A stretch of 35,881 nt of DNA from a virus (taxonomy: Duplodnaviria; Heunggongvirae; Uroviricota; Caudoviricetes). Below the pieces are notes generated by a model. That model ran no database searches. It was not told the origin of the DNA and worked only from the letters and a program-made list of their open reading frames with translations. The stretch lies in IMG/VR virus record IMGVR_UViG_2541047915_000013. The stretch is one strand, 5' to 3'. The translations under genes were made by a program, and so were the position numbers. This document shows positions 19,480-29,352 of the stretch, piece by piece; within the stretch, counting starts at the first letter, position 1; every line of letters starts with the position of its first letter.

Positions 19480-19557
19480 GAGCCGTGCTCCGTTAGAAAA
19501 AACTTACTGGAGCCTTATGGTTGCGGTGATGGGGGCAGTGAAACAATGCGCGGTATT

Positions 19558-19575
19558 TGTACCGACAACCACACA
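19558..19575. promoter_or_regulatory. TGT-N12-ACA element in the divergent O/P promoter region
   Basis: TGTACCGACAACCACACA in the 142-bp O-P intergenic region. Confidence 0.4.
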
Positions 19576-19621
19576 AACCGCAGGCGGGGAAAGCCGTCAT
19601 TCAAGGCTGTAGGTTTGTGCC

Positions 19622-21388
19622 ATGAACACCACACTGACACCCGCAGATCTCGATCCCCGTCGGCAGGCCATGCTGCTGTACTTTCAGGGATACCGCGTAG
19701 CCCGCATTGCTGAAATGCTGGGCGAGAAAGTTGCAACCGTTCACAGCTGGAAAAAACGCGACAAGTGGGGTGACTATGGGCCGCTGGATCAGATGCAGCT
19801 CACCACCGCCGCACGCTACTGCCAGCTCATTATGAAGGAGCACAAAGAAGGGAAAGATTTCAAAGAGATTGACCTGCTGGCGCGCCAGTCTGAGCGCCAC
19901 GCGCGGATCGGCAAGTTTAACAATGGCGGCAACGAAGCCGACTTAAACCCTAACGTCGCCAACCGCAATAAAGGCCCACGCCGTCAGCCGGAAAAGAATG
20001 TTTTCACCGATGAGCAGATTGAGAAGCTGGAAGAAATCTTCCATTCCTCCATGTTCAACTACCAGCGCCACTGGTGGGAAGCCGGAAAAACCAACCGCAT
20101 CCGCAACCTGCTGAAGTCACGCCAGATCGGCGCGACCTTCTATTTTGCCCGTGAAGCCCTGATTGACGCCCTGCTTACCGGACGTAACCAGATTTTCCTT
20201 TCTGCCAGTAAGGCTCAGGCCCACGTCTTTAAACAATACATCATCGACTTCGCCAAAGAAGTCGAGGTGGAGCTAAAAGGCGATCCGATGGTGCTTCCTA
20301 ACGGAGCTACGCTTTACTTCCTCGGCACCAATGCCCGCACGGCCCAGAGTTATCACGGCAACCTGTATCTGGATGAATATTTCTGGATACCGAAATTCCA
20401 GGAGCTGCGCAAAGTGGCTTCCGGGATGGCTATTCACAAAAAATGGCGACAAACCTATTTTTCCACGCCATCCAGCCTGACCCACAGTGCTTATCCGTTC
20501 TGGTCCGGTGCGCTGTTCAACCGTGGACGCAACAAAGCTGACAAGGTGGACATCGACCTGTCCCACAGCAATCTGGCCCCCGGCCTGCTGTGCGCAGACG
20601 GGCAATACCGCCAGATAGTCACCGTGGAAGATGCGGTGCGCGGCGGCTGTAACCTGTTCGACCTCGACCAGCTACGCTTGGAGTACAGCCCGGACGAATA
20701 CCAGAACCTGCTGATGTGCGAGTTCGTGGACGATCTCGCGTCCGTGTTCCCGCTCAGCGAACTGCAGGCGTGCATGGTGGACAGCTGGGAAGTCTGGACC
20801 GACTTTCATGCACTGGCCCTGCGCCCGTTTGGCTGGCGCGAAGTGTGGATCGGTTATGACCCGGCAAAAGGTACGCAGAACGGCGACAGTGCCGGATGCG
20901 TGGTGGTGGCTCCGCCAGCCGTGCCGGGTGGTAAGTTCCGCATTCTTGAGCGTCACCAGTGGCGCGGGATGGACTTCCGCGCCCAGGCTGACGCCATCAA
21001 AAAACTCACCGAACAGTACAACGTGACCTATATCGGTATCGACTCAACCGGCGTTGGTCACGGGGTTTATGAGAACGTGAAAGCGTTCTTTCCTGCCGTC
21101 CGGGAGTTTGTCTACAACCCCAATGTTAAAAACGCCCTGGTACTCAAGGCCTATGACATTATCAGCCACCGCCGTCTGGAGTTTGACGCCGGGCACACCG
21201 ACATTGCGCAGTCATTCATGGCAATCCGTCGCGCAACCACCGCCAGCGGCAACCGCCCGACCTATGAAGCCAGCCGCAGCGAAGAAGCCAGCCACGCCGA
21301 TCTGGCCTGGGCAACAATGCACGCACTGTTTAACGAACCGCTGCAGGGCGAATCCGCCAATACCAGCAATATTGTGGAGATTTTTTGA
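19622..21388 (+). CDS. P: Terminase ATPase (large) subunit P
   Basis: 588 aa, gpP-like. Confidence 0.9.
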   Translation: MNTTLTPADLDPRRQAMLLYFQGYRVARIAEMLGEKVATVHSWKKRDKWGDYGPLDQMQLTTAARYCQLIMKEHKEGKDFKEIDLLARQSERHARIGKFNNGGNEADLNPNVANRNKGPRRQPEKNVFTDEQIEKLEEIFHSSMFNYQRHWWEAGKTNRIRNLLKSRQIGATFYFAREALIDALLTGRNQIFLSASKAQAHVFKQYIIDFAKEVEVELKGDPMVLPNGATLYFLGTNARTAQSYHGNLYLDEYFWIPKFQELRKVASGMAIHKKWRQTYFSTPSSLTHSAYPFWSGALFNRGRNKADKVDIDLSHSNLAPGLLCADGQYRQIVTVEDAVRGGCNLFDLDQLRLEYSPDEYQNLLMCEFVDDLASVFPLSELQACMVDSWEVWTDFHALALRPFGWREVWIGYDPAKGTQNGDSAGCVVVAPPAVPGGKFRILERHQWRGMDFRAQADAIKKLTEQYNVTYIGIDSTGVGHGVYENVKAFFPAVREFVYNPNVKNALVLKAYDIISHRRLEFDAGHTDIAQSFMAIRRATTASGNRPTYEASRSEEASHADLAWATMHALFNEPLQGESANTSNIVEIF

Positions 21389-22419
21389 TGGGAAAGAGTA
21401 AGAAGAACCGCGCTGCGGCGACGAAACAGATCCAGCTTAAAAGCCAGACTACAGCCGAAGCATTCAGCTTCGGCGATCCCGTTCCTGTTCTGGATCGCCG
21501 AGAACTGCTGGACTATGTGGAATGCGTACAGATGGACCGTTGGTATGAGCCGCCCGTCAGCTTTGACGGACTGGCGCGCACCTTCCGCGCTGCCGTGCAT
21601 CACAGTTCCCCGATTGCAGTAAAGTGCAACATTCTGACCAGTACCTATATCCCTCATCCGCTGCTCAGCCAGCAGGCTTTTTCGCGTTTTGTACAGGACT
21701 ATCTGGTATTTGGTAACGCCTACCTGGAGAAACGCACGAACCGATTCGGTGAAGTTATCGCCCTTGAGCCTGCGCTGGCAAAATACACCCGACGCGGGTT
21801 AGACCTGGATACCTACTGGTTTGTGCAATACGGTATGACAACCCAGCCGTATCAGTTCACGAAAGGCAGCATTTTTCATCTGATGGAACCGGACATCAAC
21901 CAGGAGATCTACGGCCTGCCCGGTTATCTTTCTGCCATTCCGTCAGCTCTGCTCAACGAGTCCGCCACGCTGTTCCGCCGCAAGTATTACATTAACGGCA
22001 GTCATGCAGGCTTCATCATGTACATGACCGATGCTGCGCAGAACCAGGAGGATGTGAACAACCTCCGCAATGCGATGAAAAGCGCCAAAGGTCCTGGTAA
22101 CTTCCGTAACCTGTTTATGTACTCGCCTAACGGTAAAAAGGACGGGCTTCAGATTATCCCGTTGTCAGAAGTGGCGGCGAAGGATGAGTTCCTGAATATC
22201 AAGAACGTGAGCCGGGACGACATGATGGCGGCGCATCGTGTGCCGCCACAAATGATGGGGATAATGCCTAATAATGTCGGGGGGTTTGGGGATATCGAAA
22301 AGGCAAGCACAGTATTTGTACGAAATGAGCTACTGCCTCTACAAAAAATGTTTCTAGAAATAAATAATTGGTTAAACGATAGAATTATAAATTTTTCAAC
22401 CTACGAACTAAAAATTTAA
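21385..22419 (+). CDS. Q: Portal protein Q (3' end low-GC)
   Basis: 344 aa, gpQ-like; the last ~45 codons are AT-rich like the adjacent cargo. Confidence 0.9.
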   Translation: MMGKSKKNRAAATKQIQLKSQTTAEAFSFGDPVPVLDRRELLDYVECVQMDRWYEPPVSFDGLARTFRAAVHHSSPIAVKCNILTSTYIPHPLLSQQAFSRFVQDYLVFGNAYLEKRTNRFGEVIALEPALAKYTRRGLDLDTYWFVQYGMTTQPYQFTKGSIFHLMEPDINQEIYGLPGYLSAIPSALLNESATLFRRKYYINGSHAGFIMYMTDAAQNQEDVNNLRNAMKSAKGPGNFRNLFMYSPNGKKDGLQIIPLSEVAAKDEFLNIKNVSRDDMMAAHRVPPQMMGIMPNNVGGFGDIEKASTVFVRNELLPLQKMFLEINNWLNDRIINFSTYELKI

Positions 22420-22436
22420 TTAAGATAATTTAGTCG

Positions 22437-22454
22437 GCCTCATTTCTGAGGCCA
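22437..22454. terminator. Hairpin between the convergent Q and ATPase genes
   Basis: GGCCTCA-tttc-TGAGGCC, followed on the plus strand by ATATTTT. Confidence 0.4.
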
Positions 22455-22459
22455 TATTT

Positions 22460-23890
22460 TCATCTTGAAAGTATCACCCGTTCAAACAATGGCATTAATT
22501 GAGAATAAACATTATCATAATGTTCATCATTTAAAAGATGATATTTATTTTCAAGTTTGATGCTATTAAAACCATCCATGAAACTCTCATAACCAACAGT
22601 GCCAATAATAATCTGATTTGTAAGGGAAAACCCATCCAAGCATAGTTTTATAAGCTTATGCGTATGCTCTGGATCCAAATCTTGTTGCTTTGGAGAGTCT
22701 ATTACTATAGGCATATTCTCAACTGAAGAGTTGCTTTTCATAACACTAAGTAGCGCGTAGTGAAATGCAAATATACCTCGAGGACCTCGACTACCAGTCT
22801 TACCCTTAGTAATATTATTATAACTACTAAGGCCACCTACCTTTGTATTTTCGACACCAAGCTCTTTAAGAGCTTTAGCGAAATACTCTTTGAAACAGTC
22901 ATTTATTTTAACAGTTCTTTTCTTATCATTGTATACTTCTAATTCTTCTTGTAATTCTGTCAACTCGCCTTCTTTTCGACCAATCTCAACGAATAACTCA
23001 TCTAACTGTGAAACAAAAGTAGATTCAATTTCATGGTATGCAGCAGATTTAATAACATCATGAAGCGTTATTTCCGATTGAGTTTCTAAAATCAGCGCCT
23101 GCAACGCCTCTGAAGCAGCCCTTGACTCTTCTAGCTTTTGATTCAATTTAGGAATATTTTCCTCAATCTTGCTTTTCTCATCTGCAAGAACAGCAATGTT
23201 TTTGAGCATTTCATCTCTATGGTTTATATAATTATATTCATTTACTGAATAAGCAACATTATCATCTCGAAAATTCGAAATCTCAAATTCATTATCAATA
23301 ATCGCAGTTATCTCTTTGAGTTCACTCTCAAGGAAATTCTTCCTAGAATATAACCTCAAAAGATTCAATCTATATTCTGTCTGAACTAAATTCAAATTAG
23401 AATATTCATTTAATATACGTTCTAACTTTGATTTATAAAAATCCAAATCAACATCAAATAAAACCACACCAAAAGATTCATCAATCTTACTTTTGCTTCT
23501 TTTTAGAACCTTAACAAAACCATCTAACTCTGAAATTTTAACTTTAACTTCTTTGATTTTCCCTTGAACTGTGTAATATTCCTTTGGCTTAATTCCAGAG
23601 TGATAGTAAAGAATGTTTTTTTGCCATTCTGAGTACATACTCATGTTTTCGAAAGAATTTATCACCGCTTTCCATCCTTCATCCTGATCAATAAAGAATG
23701 GGGCAAACAAACAAGCAGGGTTTGCCTGAGTCGTAGCACCCGTATATTTATTATGTAATTCCAGTTTAAAACCAAATATATTTGAAACACGAGATGCTAA
23801 TGACGAAATCGTGTTATACACGACTAGATCATCATTCTTCAAATCAAAGACACCAATAATCTTTTTATAACGCAAAAAAAATAAAATCAC
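22460..23890 (-). CDS. SMC/ABC-type ATPase, C-terminal part (LmuB/DUF3732-like), separated from its P-loop by a frameshift
   Basis: Long coiled-coil region, then PIVIDSP (Walker-B-like) and DPEH (H-loop-like); no Walker A in this ORF; about 30% GC. Confidence 0.6.
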   Translation of the reverse strand: MILFFLRYKKIIGVFDLKNDDLVVYNTISSLASRVSNIFGFKLELHNKYTGATTQANPACLFAPFFIDQDEGWKAVINSFENMSMYSEWQKNILYYHSGIKPKEYYTVQGKIKEVKVKISELDGFVKVLKRSKSKIDESFGVVLFDVDLDFYKSKLERILNEYSNLNLVQTEYRLNLLRLYSRKNFLESELKEITAIIDNEFEISNFRDDNVAYSVNEYNYINHRDEMLKNIAVLADEKSKIEENIPKLNQKLEESRAASEALQALILETQSEITLHDVIKSAAYHEIESTFVSQLDELFVEIGRKEGELTELQEELEVYNDKKRTVKINDCFKEYFAKALKELGVENTKVGGLSSYNNITKGKTGSRGPRGIFAFHYALLSVMKSNSSVENMPIVIDSPKQQDLDPEHTHKLIKLCLDGFSLTNQIIIGTVGYESFMDGFNSIKLENKYHLLNDEHYDNVYSQLMPLFERVILSR

Positions 23891-24134
23891 TTTCCCCGTT
23901 ATTAATTTCCACCAGTGTAACTATATCATCTGATTTCCAAGCATCATCAAGCCTTAAATCTCCACCTAATGTGTAATAAAGACTTTTAATCAGGCTTGAT
24001 TTACCAACATCATTTGTACCATATATGAAGTTAACCCCTTCTGAAAACTCATAAGAAAAAGCTTTTCTGTCTCTTAATGAGAGTATTTTTATATTTTTAA
24101 ATTTAACGTTATTCTTCATAAGAAACATCCTCAA
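23865..24134 (-). CDS. SMC/ABC-type ATPase, N-terminal P-loop fragment
   Basis: Walker A GTNDVGKSSL; frame ends inside a T8 tract where the downstream ORF continues in the +1 frame. Confidence 0.6.
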   Translation of the reverse strand: MRMFLMKNNVKFKNIKILSLRDRKAFSYEFSEGVNFIYGTNDVGKSSLIKSLYYTLGGDLRLDDAWKSDDIVTLVEINNGESDFIFFAL

Positions 24135-25188
24135 AAGTCAACTTTATAATTGCATATATAGCAATCATAAATTTCTCTTCTTGATTTAATAAAGAGAAAT
24201 CCCCGTCCCCCGCTGCAATTGTTTTTTCGAGTGTAAAGAAGAGGTCTCGAACAGGTATCTCACGATAATGCTCTATACTCTTTAGAGCCGATTGAAATTC
24301 CAGAAAATAAAGATAGTATATTGAATTGACATTGAGCACTTTTATTGATATGCGTGTAAAAACTGATTGTAATTTAATCCCCTCATAAGGATCTGAGAAA
24401 GTACCAAGCAACATACAAACCTGTTCCCATTTTGGCGTTATTTTTATGCTTGCAATGAGTCCAGATAATAAATCAGTTACAAATTCTGAAGATATACCTT
24501 TCTTTAGTACTAAATCTTCAAAAGTTTTGATATCACTAGAAGCAACACTAACCTTCTCATTACACTTATTGATTAATAATTTAGTGAATGCTGTTGAATT
24601 AATACCATGATCATCCCCAAAGTAAGAATTCAAAAAAACTGCAACTTTCCCGTATAAATGTGAGTTAGGATCTAACAAACTAAGATCAGATGTTTTAAAT
24701 TTTATTTTATCAAGAGGAACTTCTTTTTTAGTATTTAGCTGCTCTTGAACCTTACTAATTATAATTTCCTTATGCTCATTATTAAGATCACTACCTTTTT
24801 CGTTATTATCATTTAAGAAATCGAATCCAGCATTCGATAACAGAACCATATAAATTTCGTGACCAACGAATTGATAGAAATGGTCATATAGTTTTGCAAC
24901 AAATGATTTAGGTTTAGCTTTTGTTGCGTTCACTATTGCTGCGAGTGTCCATTTACCATCTTTTTTTGTTTTAACTTGGATAAACTCAGCACTAGTCGGA
25001 GAAACAGATGAATTCAATACAAGAATATCGTCATGATATTCAAATAGAAATAAATATTTCTCCTTTTCTTTTTGTTTCTCAAGTAAATAATTTATCCCCC
25101 AAGAGGCTTGATATGAAAAGCCTCTCAACGCGTTTTCACCGCCCCGTTCTGCTTGATTTACTGTAATTAACGCATCTGATAACGCCAC
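24109..25188 (-). CDS. PD-(D/E)xK nuclease-like protein of the Cap4/DUF4297 type (LmuA-like)
   Basis: N-terminal GGENALRGFSYQ ... YHDDILVL ... EFIQVK motifs; GTG start with AGGGA ribosome-binding site; about 30% GC. Confidence 0.55.
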   Translation of the reverse strand: MALSDALITVNQAERGGENALRGFSYQASWGINYLLEKQKEKEKYLFLFEYHDDILVLNSSVSPTSAEFIQVKTKKDGKWTLAAIVNATKAKPKSFVAKLYDHFYQFVGHEIYMVLLSNAGFDFLNDNNEKGSDLNNEHKEIIISKVQEQLNTKKEVPLDKIKFKTSDLSLLDPNSHLYGKVAVFLNSYFGDDHGINSTAFTKLLINKCNEKVSVASSDIKTFEDLVLKKGISSEFVTDLLSGLIASIKITPKWEQVCMLLGTFSDPYEGIKLQSVFTRISIKVLNVNSIYYLYFLEFQSALKSIEHYREIPVRDLFFTLEKTIAAGDGDFSLLNQEEKFMIAIYAIIKLTFEDVSYEE

Positions 25189-25273
25189 TCTATATATCCC
25201 TATTGTACTGCTTTTTTTGATACAAATTACCTTAGCTTCACCATCAAGTCCACAGATTCATGGCTAAGCGCGC

Positions 25274-25293
25274 GCTCGTATCCCCGCCACGCC
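25274..25293 (-). other. cos-like site (putative cohesive-end sequence)
   Basis: Minus-strand GGCGTGGCGGGGATACGAGC; the first 13 nt match the P2/186 cohesive-end sequence as I recall it. Confidence 0.4.
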
Positions 25294-25337
25294 TGCCCGC
25301 TTTATGTAGTGGTTTTCATGCACCTGCATGATCTACG

Positions 25338-25362
25338 CAAAAGCCCGCCAGTTCTGGCGGGC
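25338..25362 (-). terminator. Rho-independent terminator after the dinI-like operon
   Basis: GCCCGCCAG-aac-CTGGCGGGC hairpin followed by TTTTG on the minus strand. Confidence 0.55.
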
Positions 25363-25497
25363 CTTAGCAAAAACGATCCTCAAACGATCATGCGATCTCA
25401 TGCGGCATAGACATGCACTACAGAGCTAACGCCTCGCAAGGGCTCGTTGTTCAACCTTGCTGACGCCAGAAGCAAGTTCAGACGCCAGCAACGTTTC

Positions 25498-25731
25498 TTA
25501 ATGCAGCCAGCTGTCGTCTTCCCACACCTTCTGCATAATTTTCATCACTTGTTTTCTTTCTTCGTCCTGTTGCAGTCCGGTCAGTTCCACACCGTTAGAG
25601 CTACCTTTGCGGATACGAATTACCGTTTTGGGATACAGGGAGCGCAGATTGCGGTAAAGCTCGGATTCAAGGGCGTCCATGGTAGACTGGCTAATCTTCT
25701 GCTCTTTATCGATCATTATTTCAATGCGCAT
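25498..25731 (-). CDS. DinI-family protein (DNA-damage-inducible protein I-like)
   Basis: MRIEIMIDKEQ...LESELYRNLRSLYP...VWEDDSWLH resembles DinI; start set at the internal ATG at 25731; the ORF is open to 25803. Confidence 0.7.
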   Translation of the reverse strand: MRIEIMIDKEQKISQSTMDALESELYRNLRSLYPKTVIRIRKGSSNGVELTGLQQDEERKQVMKIMQKVWEDDSWLH

Positions 25732-25741
25732 AAAAGTCACC

Positions 25742-25930
25742 TCAGCTGATGACATCCATTGAGCGGTTGTATTCGTGGGTTCTGATTTTTGCCATGAGTT
25801 CATCAGTCAATTCAGAAACCCACTGCAGAGCCAGCCCCTTATCTTCATCACTACACTCACTAGCCGCTACAAGCTTAAGAAAAAAATCAATGCGCTGGAG
25901 CTTCAAAGACTCCAAAAAATAGTCCTGCAT
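25742..25930 (-). CDS. Hypothetical protein, first gene of the LexA-box operon
   Basis: ATG at 25930 preceded by AGGAGG; LexA box about 45 bp upstream. Confidence 0.5.
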   Translation of the reverse strand: MQDYFLESLKLQRIDFFLKLVAASECSDEDKGLALQWVSELTDELMAKIRTHEYNRSMDVIS

Positions 25931-25971
25931 CTTTCCTCCTATGACACCACACGCAATACTGTATGTATAAT

Positions 25972-25991
25972 CACTGTTTATATTTACAGTA
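25972..25991. promoter_or_regulatory. LexA (SOS) box
   Basis: CACTGTTTATATTTACAGTA fits CTGT-N8-ACAG. Confidence 0.65.
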
Positions 25992-26083
25992 TATAATAAT
26001 CTTACTGATGTAAAACGTTTTTTTACGTTCATCAGCCTGATATGCCTGGTATTATTAAGAGCACGAATTGTTAACCCGCGTAA

Positions 26084-28498
26084 TTAATACAGGTTCCGCC
26101 ACTGATCATCTTCCTGCAAACGCTGGTTCCGATAGAAGATACGCAGGCCTGCTCCTGACGGAATACTGCCTCCGCGAAGGAGTAAATCGACCTCTTTCTC
26201 GCTGCCATCAAATCCTCTGGACTTCAGCTCATACACGAGCTGCAGTCGCTGATGGTCTGTAATTCGCTGTTTGTAGTCTTTACGCCGTTTCGGTTTCACC
26301 TGGCGTAACCTTGCAGCCAGTTCCCGGCGCTCTTTTTTGCTCATACTGTGCAGGTAATCGTGCAACTCCTTGTCATTCATACAGGTAATATCCGTTCTGG
26401 AGTCCCCATCAGCTGATTTGTCTTTCCCTTGTTGGTTCAAATTTTCAGCAAGGGGACAGTTATTGCCACGAGTCCAAGGGGCGCAAGCGCCCTGGTCGGC
26501 TGCCGCCTCCTGAACGTCAACGGCCTTACGAACTATTTTCCACTTCACTGCATGAGTGCAGATCTTGCCCTCTGCAATGGGTGACCAGATGCCATAAATA
26601 CGAATGCCGTGATCGCCATAGGCGGTCGGCTCTTCGTTGATTTCATAAGCGGTTCTGATCAGGTGATATTTGCGGGGAACCAGTACGCCGCCCTGCTTCA
26701 TGATGTAGGTGGCAAAACAACCAGCATCAGCAGCAGCCAGGATTGCATCAAGGCGCGGGTTATCCAGTACCGGCGCACCTGCTTTTTTGTCCCCCTGTTG
26801 CCTTGCCGCCTGACCAGCCAGCAATCGCAGTTCACGGTAAGCCTGACGCCCCGGAATGCCAAAGAAGCGGAATTGCTGAACACGATGCAGAGACGCCCAG
26901 GCATTAACGTATTCAGCGTTATCACGCAGGGATTTACCCGTTTCCTTGCTGATCTCGCCAGCCAGACCACGCCCGTCAATGTTCTTACTAATGTATTTCG
27001 CGATGTAGCTTGTCGGCGTTCCTTTGCGCGGGTTAATCAACTCAGACTTAAAGCGCGGCCCTGTGTTATTGCCCAGCTCCTCGCGGTCTTCACGGATGGC
27101 AAACTTACGCAGTAATGCAGTGATGGCGCGGCGGTCTTTTTTGCGCATAAAACACAACAGGTGCCAGTGAACTGTACCGTCATGATGCGGCTCAGCCACC
27201 CGCACGCCATACCACCGCAATCCGGCTTTGTGCATCGCCTTACGAAATGCAGCAAACATGCCGACCAGATAATCACTGCTTTGTCTTACCGTCGCATTTG
27301 TCCAGGTTGGGTTGGGCCTGCCGTTATTTAGCGTGGAATGGAAACGTGACGGACAGGTGATGGTGTAGAAAACGGCGCAGTCACCGCGCATTTCCGCGAT
27401 AAGCTCCAGACCTTTAACACAGGCCATCATCTCATTGCGGCGATGCGCAGGGTTGCTGCTGCTGGCGTTTACCACATCTTCCATATCCAGCGTGTCGCCG
27501 TCTTCGTTCACCAGTTCATGAGAACGAAAAAACTCCAGCGACTTACGGCGCTGCTCACGTTTATGCATCACGGCTTCATAGCTGACATAGGGGGATGCTT
27601 TTTTGCTGACCAGGCAGACAGCACGCAACTGCTCTTCCCGCCATTCGCAACGCATCTTCCATAATTTCCGATACCACCAGTCGGCACACAACATACGCGC
27701 CAGCGAACCCGGAATGAGTTCATAGGGCACGGGTTTACGGCGGTTTCTTTTCCGACGGAGTTGCTCAAACGCAGGCGGAATAACATCCAGACGCAGGGTT
27801 TCCGCTGCCACCTTTTCCCATGTTTTGCGGATTTCTTCTGGCTTAACGTCATCGGTGGCATACAAATCGCCACAAGCTGCATCAAGACACATGCTCATAT
27901 GCGCAGCAACAAGGGTGGACAGGCGTTTCACCTGATCCTGACTCATTTCAGGCAGGATCAGCAGGCCGTCCAGCCCTTCATGGCTTGCCATAAAGCGAAA
28001 AGAAGTGGATAGCTGACTCTCGCGTACATGCTCCAGTCGTTCCAGACATGGCTTAATCGTCTCACGCAAATAGCGGGAATAAGCCTTTGGCCTGCCCAGG
28101 CTGCTGAAGTATTCAATACGTTGCATCAGCGGCTTGCTGATATGGGAAGGCTGGGCGTTGACGTCCGCCAGAATGACCATGTCTGGATTAAAACGCTGCT
28201 GCTCATGCGCCAGCTTTGCCCGGCTAATGAGCTTATCCTGCTCCATTTCGCGCTGGACAGGATCACGGGATTCATTAAAGAAATAACGCTCCCAGACCTG
28301 ATCACTCAGTGCCTCACGGCGCAGTTGTTCCTGCTCGTTATCGGCAGCGTACAGAGTGATCAGGTTTGAAAGCGCAGAAACCGGCGCAACTTCCGCCGGG
28401 TCCAGATAAGGGTTAATAGCCTTTTTCGGGCTGTTCCATGAGAATGCTGCGGCGGCCTCGTTAAAGCCGCTGCAGTTGTTCATATCAGCATGGCTCAT
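26084..28498 (-). CDS. A: Replication initiation endonuclease A (rolling-circle initiator)
   Basis: 804 aa; HxH motif (VHWHLL) and YIAKYISK tyrosine motif; gpA-like. Confidence 0.9.
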   Translation of the reverse strand: MSHADMNNCSGFNEAAAAFSWNSPKKAINPYLDPAEVAPVSALSNLITLYAADNEQEQLRREALSDQVWERYFFNESRDPVQREMEQDKLISRAKLAHEQQRFNPDMVILADVNAQPSHISKPLMQRIEYFSSLGRPKAYSRYLRETIKPCLERLEHVRESQLSTSFRFMASHEGLDGLLILPEMSQDQVKRLSTLVAAHMSMCLDAACGDLYATDDVKPEEIRKTWEKVAAETLRLDVIPPAFEQLRRKRNRRKPVPYELIPGSLARMLCADWWYRKLWKMRCEWREEQLRAVCLVSKKASPYVSYEAVMHKREQRRKSLEFFRSHELVNEDGDTLDMEDVVNASSSNPAHRRNEMMACVKGLELIAEMRGDCAVFYTITCPSRFHSTLNNGRPNPTWTNATVRQSSDYLVGMFAAFRKAMHKAGLRWYGVRVAEPHHDGTVHWHLLCFMRKKDRRAITALLRKFAIREDREELGNNTGPRFKSELINPRKGTPTSYIAKYISKNIDGRGLAGEISKETGKSLRDNAEYVNAWASLHRVQQFRFFGIPGRQAYRELRLLAGQAARQQGDKKAGAPVLDNPRLDAILAAADAGCFATYIMKQGGVLVPRKYHLIRTAYEINEEPTAYGDHGIRIYGIWSPIAEGKICTHAVKWKIVRKAVDVQEAAADQGACAPWTRGNNCPLAENLNQQGKDKSADGDSRTDITCMNDKELHDYLHSMSKKERRELAARLRQVKPKRRKDYKQRITDHQRLQLVYELKSRGFDGSEKEVDLLLRGGSIPSGAGLRIFYRNQRLQEDDQWRNLY

Positions 28499-29352
28499 GC
28501 ACGCACTCCGTACACGGCAGAACTATCCACGCCACGCGAAGGATCAAATCCCACCCAGCAGCGCGCCCCAGAAACAGCGATGATTTCTGTTGCAGATTTA
28601 CTCTCACCAGCTGCTACGCCGATGCTGCGTTTTGCCTTGATGTAGTGGTGAGTAAAATTGCGATACAGCGAACGGATCAGGGATGTGTCACTGTTAGAAA
28701 CAATGACCGGATGTCCTTCTGATGACCGATGTTCAAGAACGGATGCCAGGTGATACTGGTCATCTTCAGTGAAGCCGTCAGTGTGATAACCGGAAAACGT
28801 GCCGTCATACGGCGGATCGCAATACACCACATCCCCCGCCTTCAACATCGCCAGCGTTTCATCAAAGCTGGCGCAGATAAACGTTGCCCGCTGGGCTTTC
28901 TCTGCAAATGCGCGAATTTCTTTTTCAGGGAAATACGGATTTTTATAATTACCGTAGGGAATGTTGAAATACCCGCTCTTGTTATAGCGACATAACCCAC
29001 GGTAACCATGACGATTGAGATACAGAAAATATACCGCTTTCATGAAATCAGTAATTTCAGTGGAGTAATTAAACTTCTGCCTTATGTTGTAATAAGCCAC
29101 CTCCCTGTTTGCTTCCTCAAATAAAGCTCTGGCACGAGATATAAATGCCTCACAATCAGCAGCAACCTTTTTATAGAGGTTGATTAAATCAGGATTAATA
29201 TCCGCAACAAGATAGCTGGGGTAATCCGTCTCCATCATCACAGCACAGGAACCCGCGAAAGGTTCAACCAGTCGCGGGCCAGCAGGAAGGTGTTTTTTCA
29301 GTTCGGACATAATGGCGGTTTTATTTCCCGCCCATTTCAGGATGGTGCTCAT
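28495..29352 (-). CDS. dam: DNA adenine methyltransferase (Dam-like, N6-adenine)
   Basis: N-terminal SAM-binding region and DPPY motif (YCDPPYDG); start set at the ATG at 29352 ([11 protein letters not shown]). Confidence 0.8.
   Translation of the reverse strand: MSTILKWAGNKTAIMSELKKHLPAGPRLVEPFAGSCAVMMETDYPSYLVADINPDLINLYKKVAADCEAFISRARALFEEANREVAYYNIRQKFNYSTEITDFMKAVYFLYLNRHGYRGLCRYNKSGYFNIPYGNYKNPYFPEKEIRAFAEKAQRATFICASFDETLAMLKAGDVVYCDPPYDGTFSGYHTDGFTEDDQYHLASVLEHRSSEGHPVIVSNSDTSLIRSLYRNFTHHYIKAKRSIGVAAGESKSATEIIAVSGARCWVGFDPSRGVDSSAVYGVRA

Noticed and set aside
23865-24134. The 89-aa ORF as an independent small gene, e.g. a middle component of a three-gene system
   Set aside because: It carries the Walker A motif that the downstream ATPase ORF lacks, and the two frames join across a homopolymer, so it is best read as the N-terminal fragment of the ATPase
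25742-25930. Calling the 62-aa ORF a Tum antirepressor
   Set aside because: Only position and the LexA box support it; I cannot recall enough Tum sequence to confirm, so it is left as hypothetical
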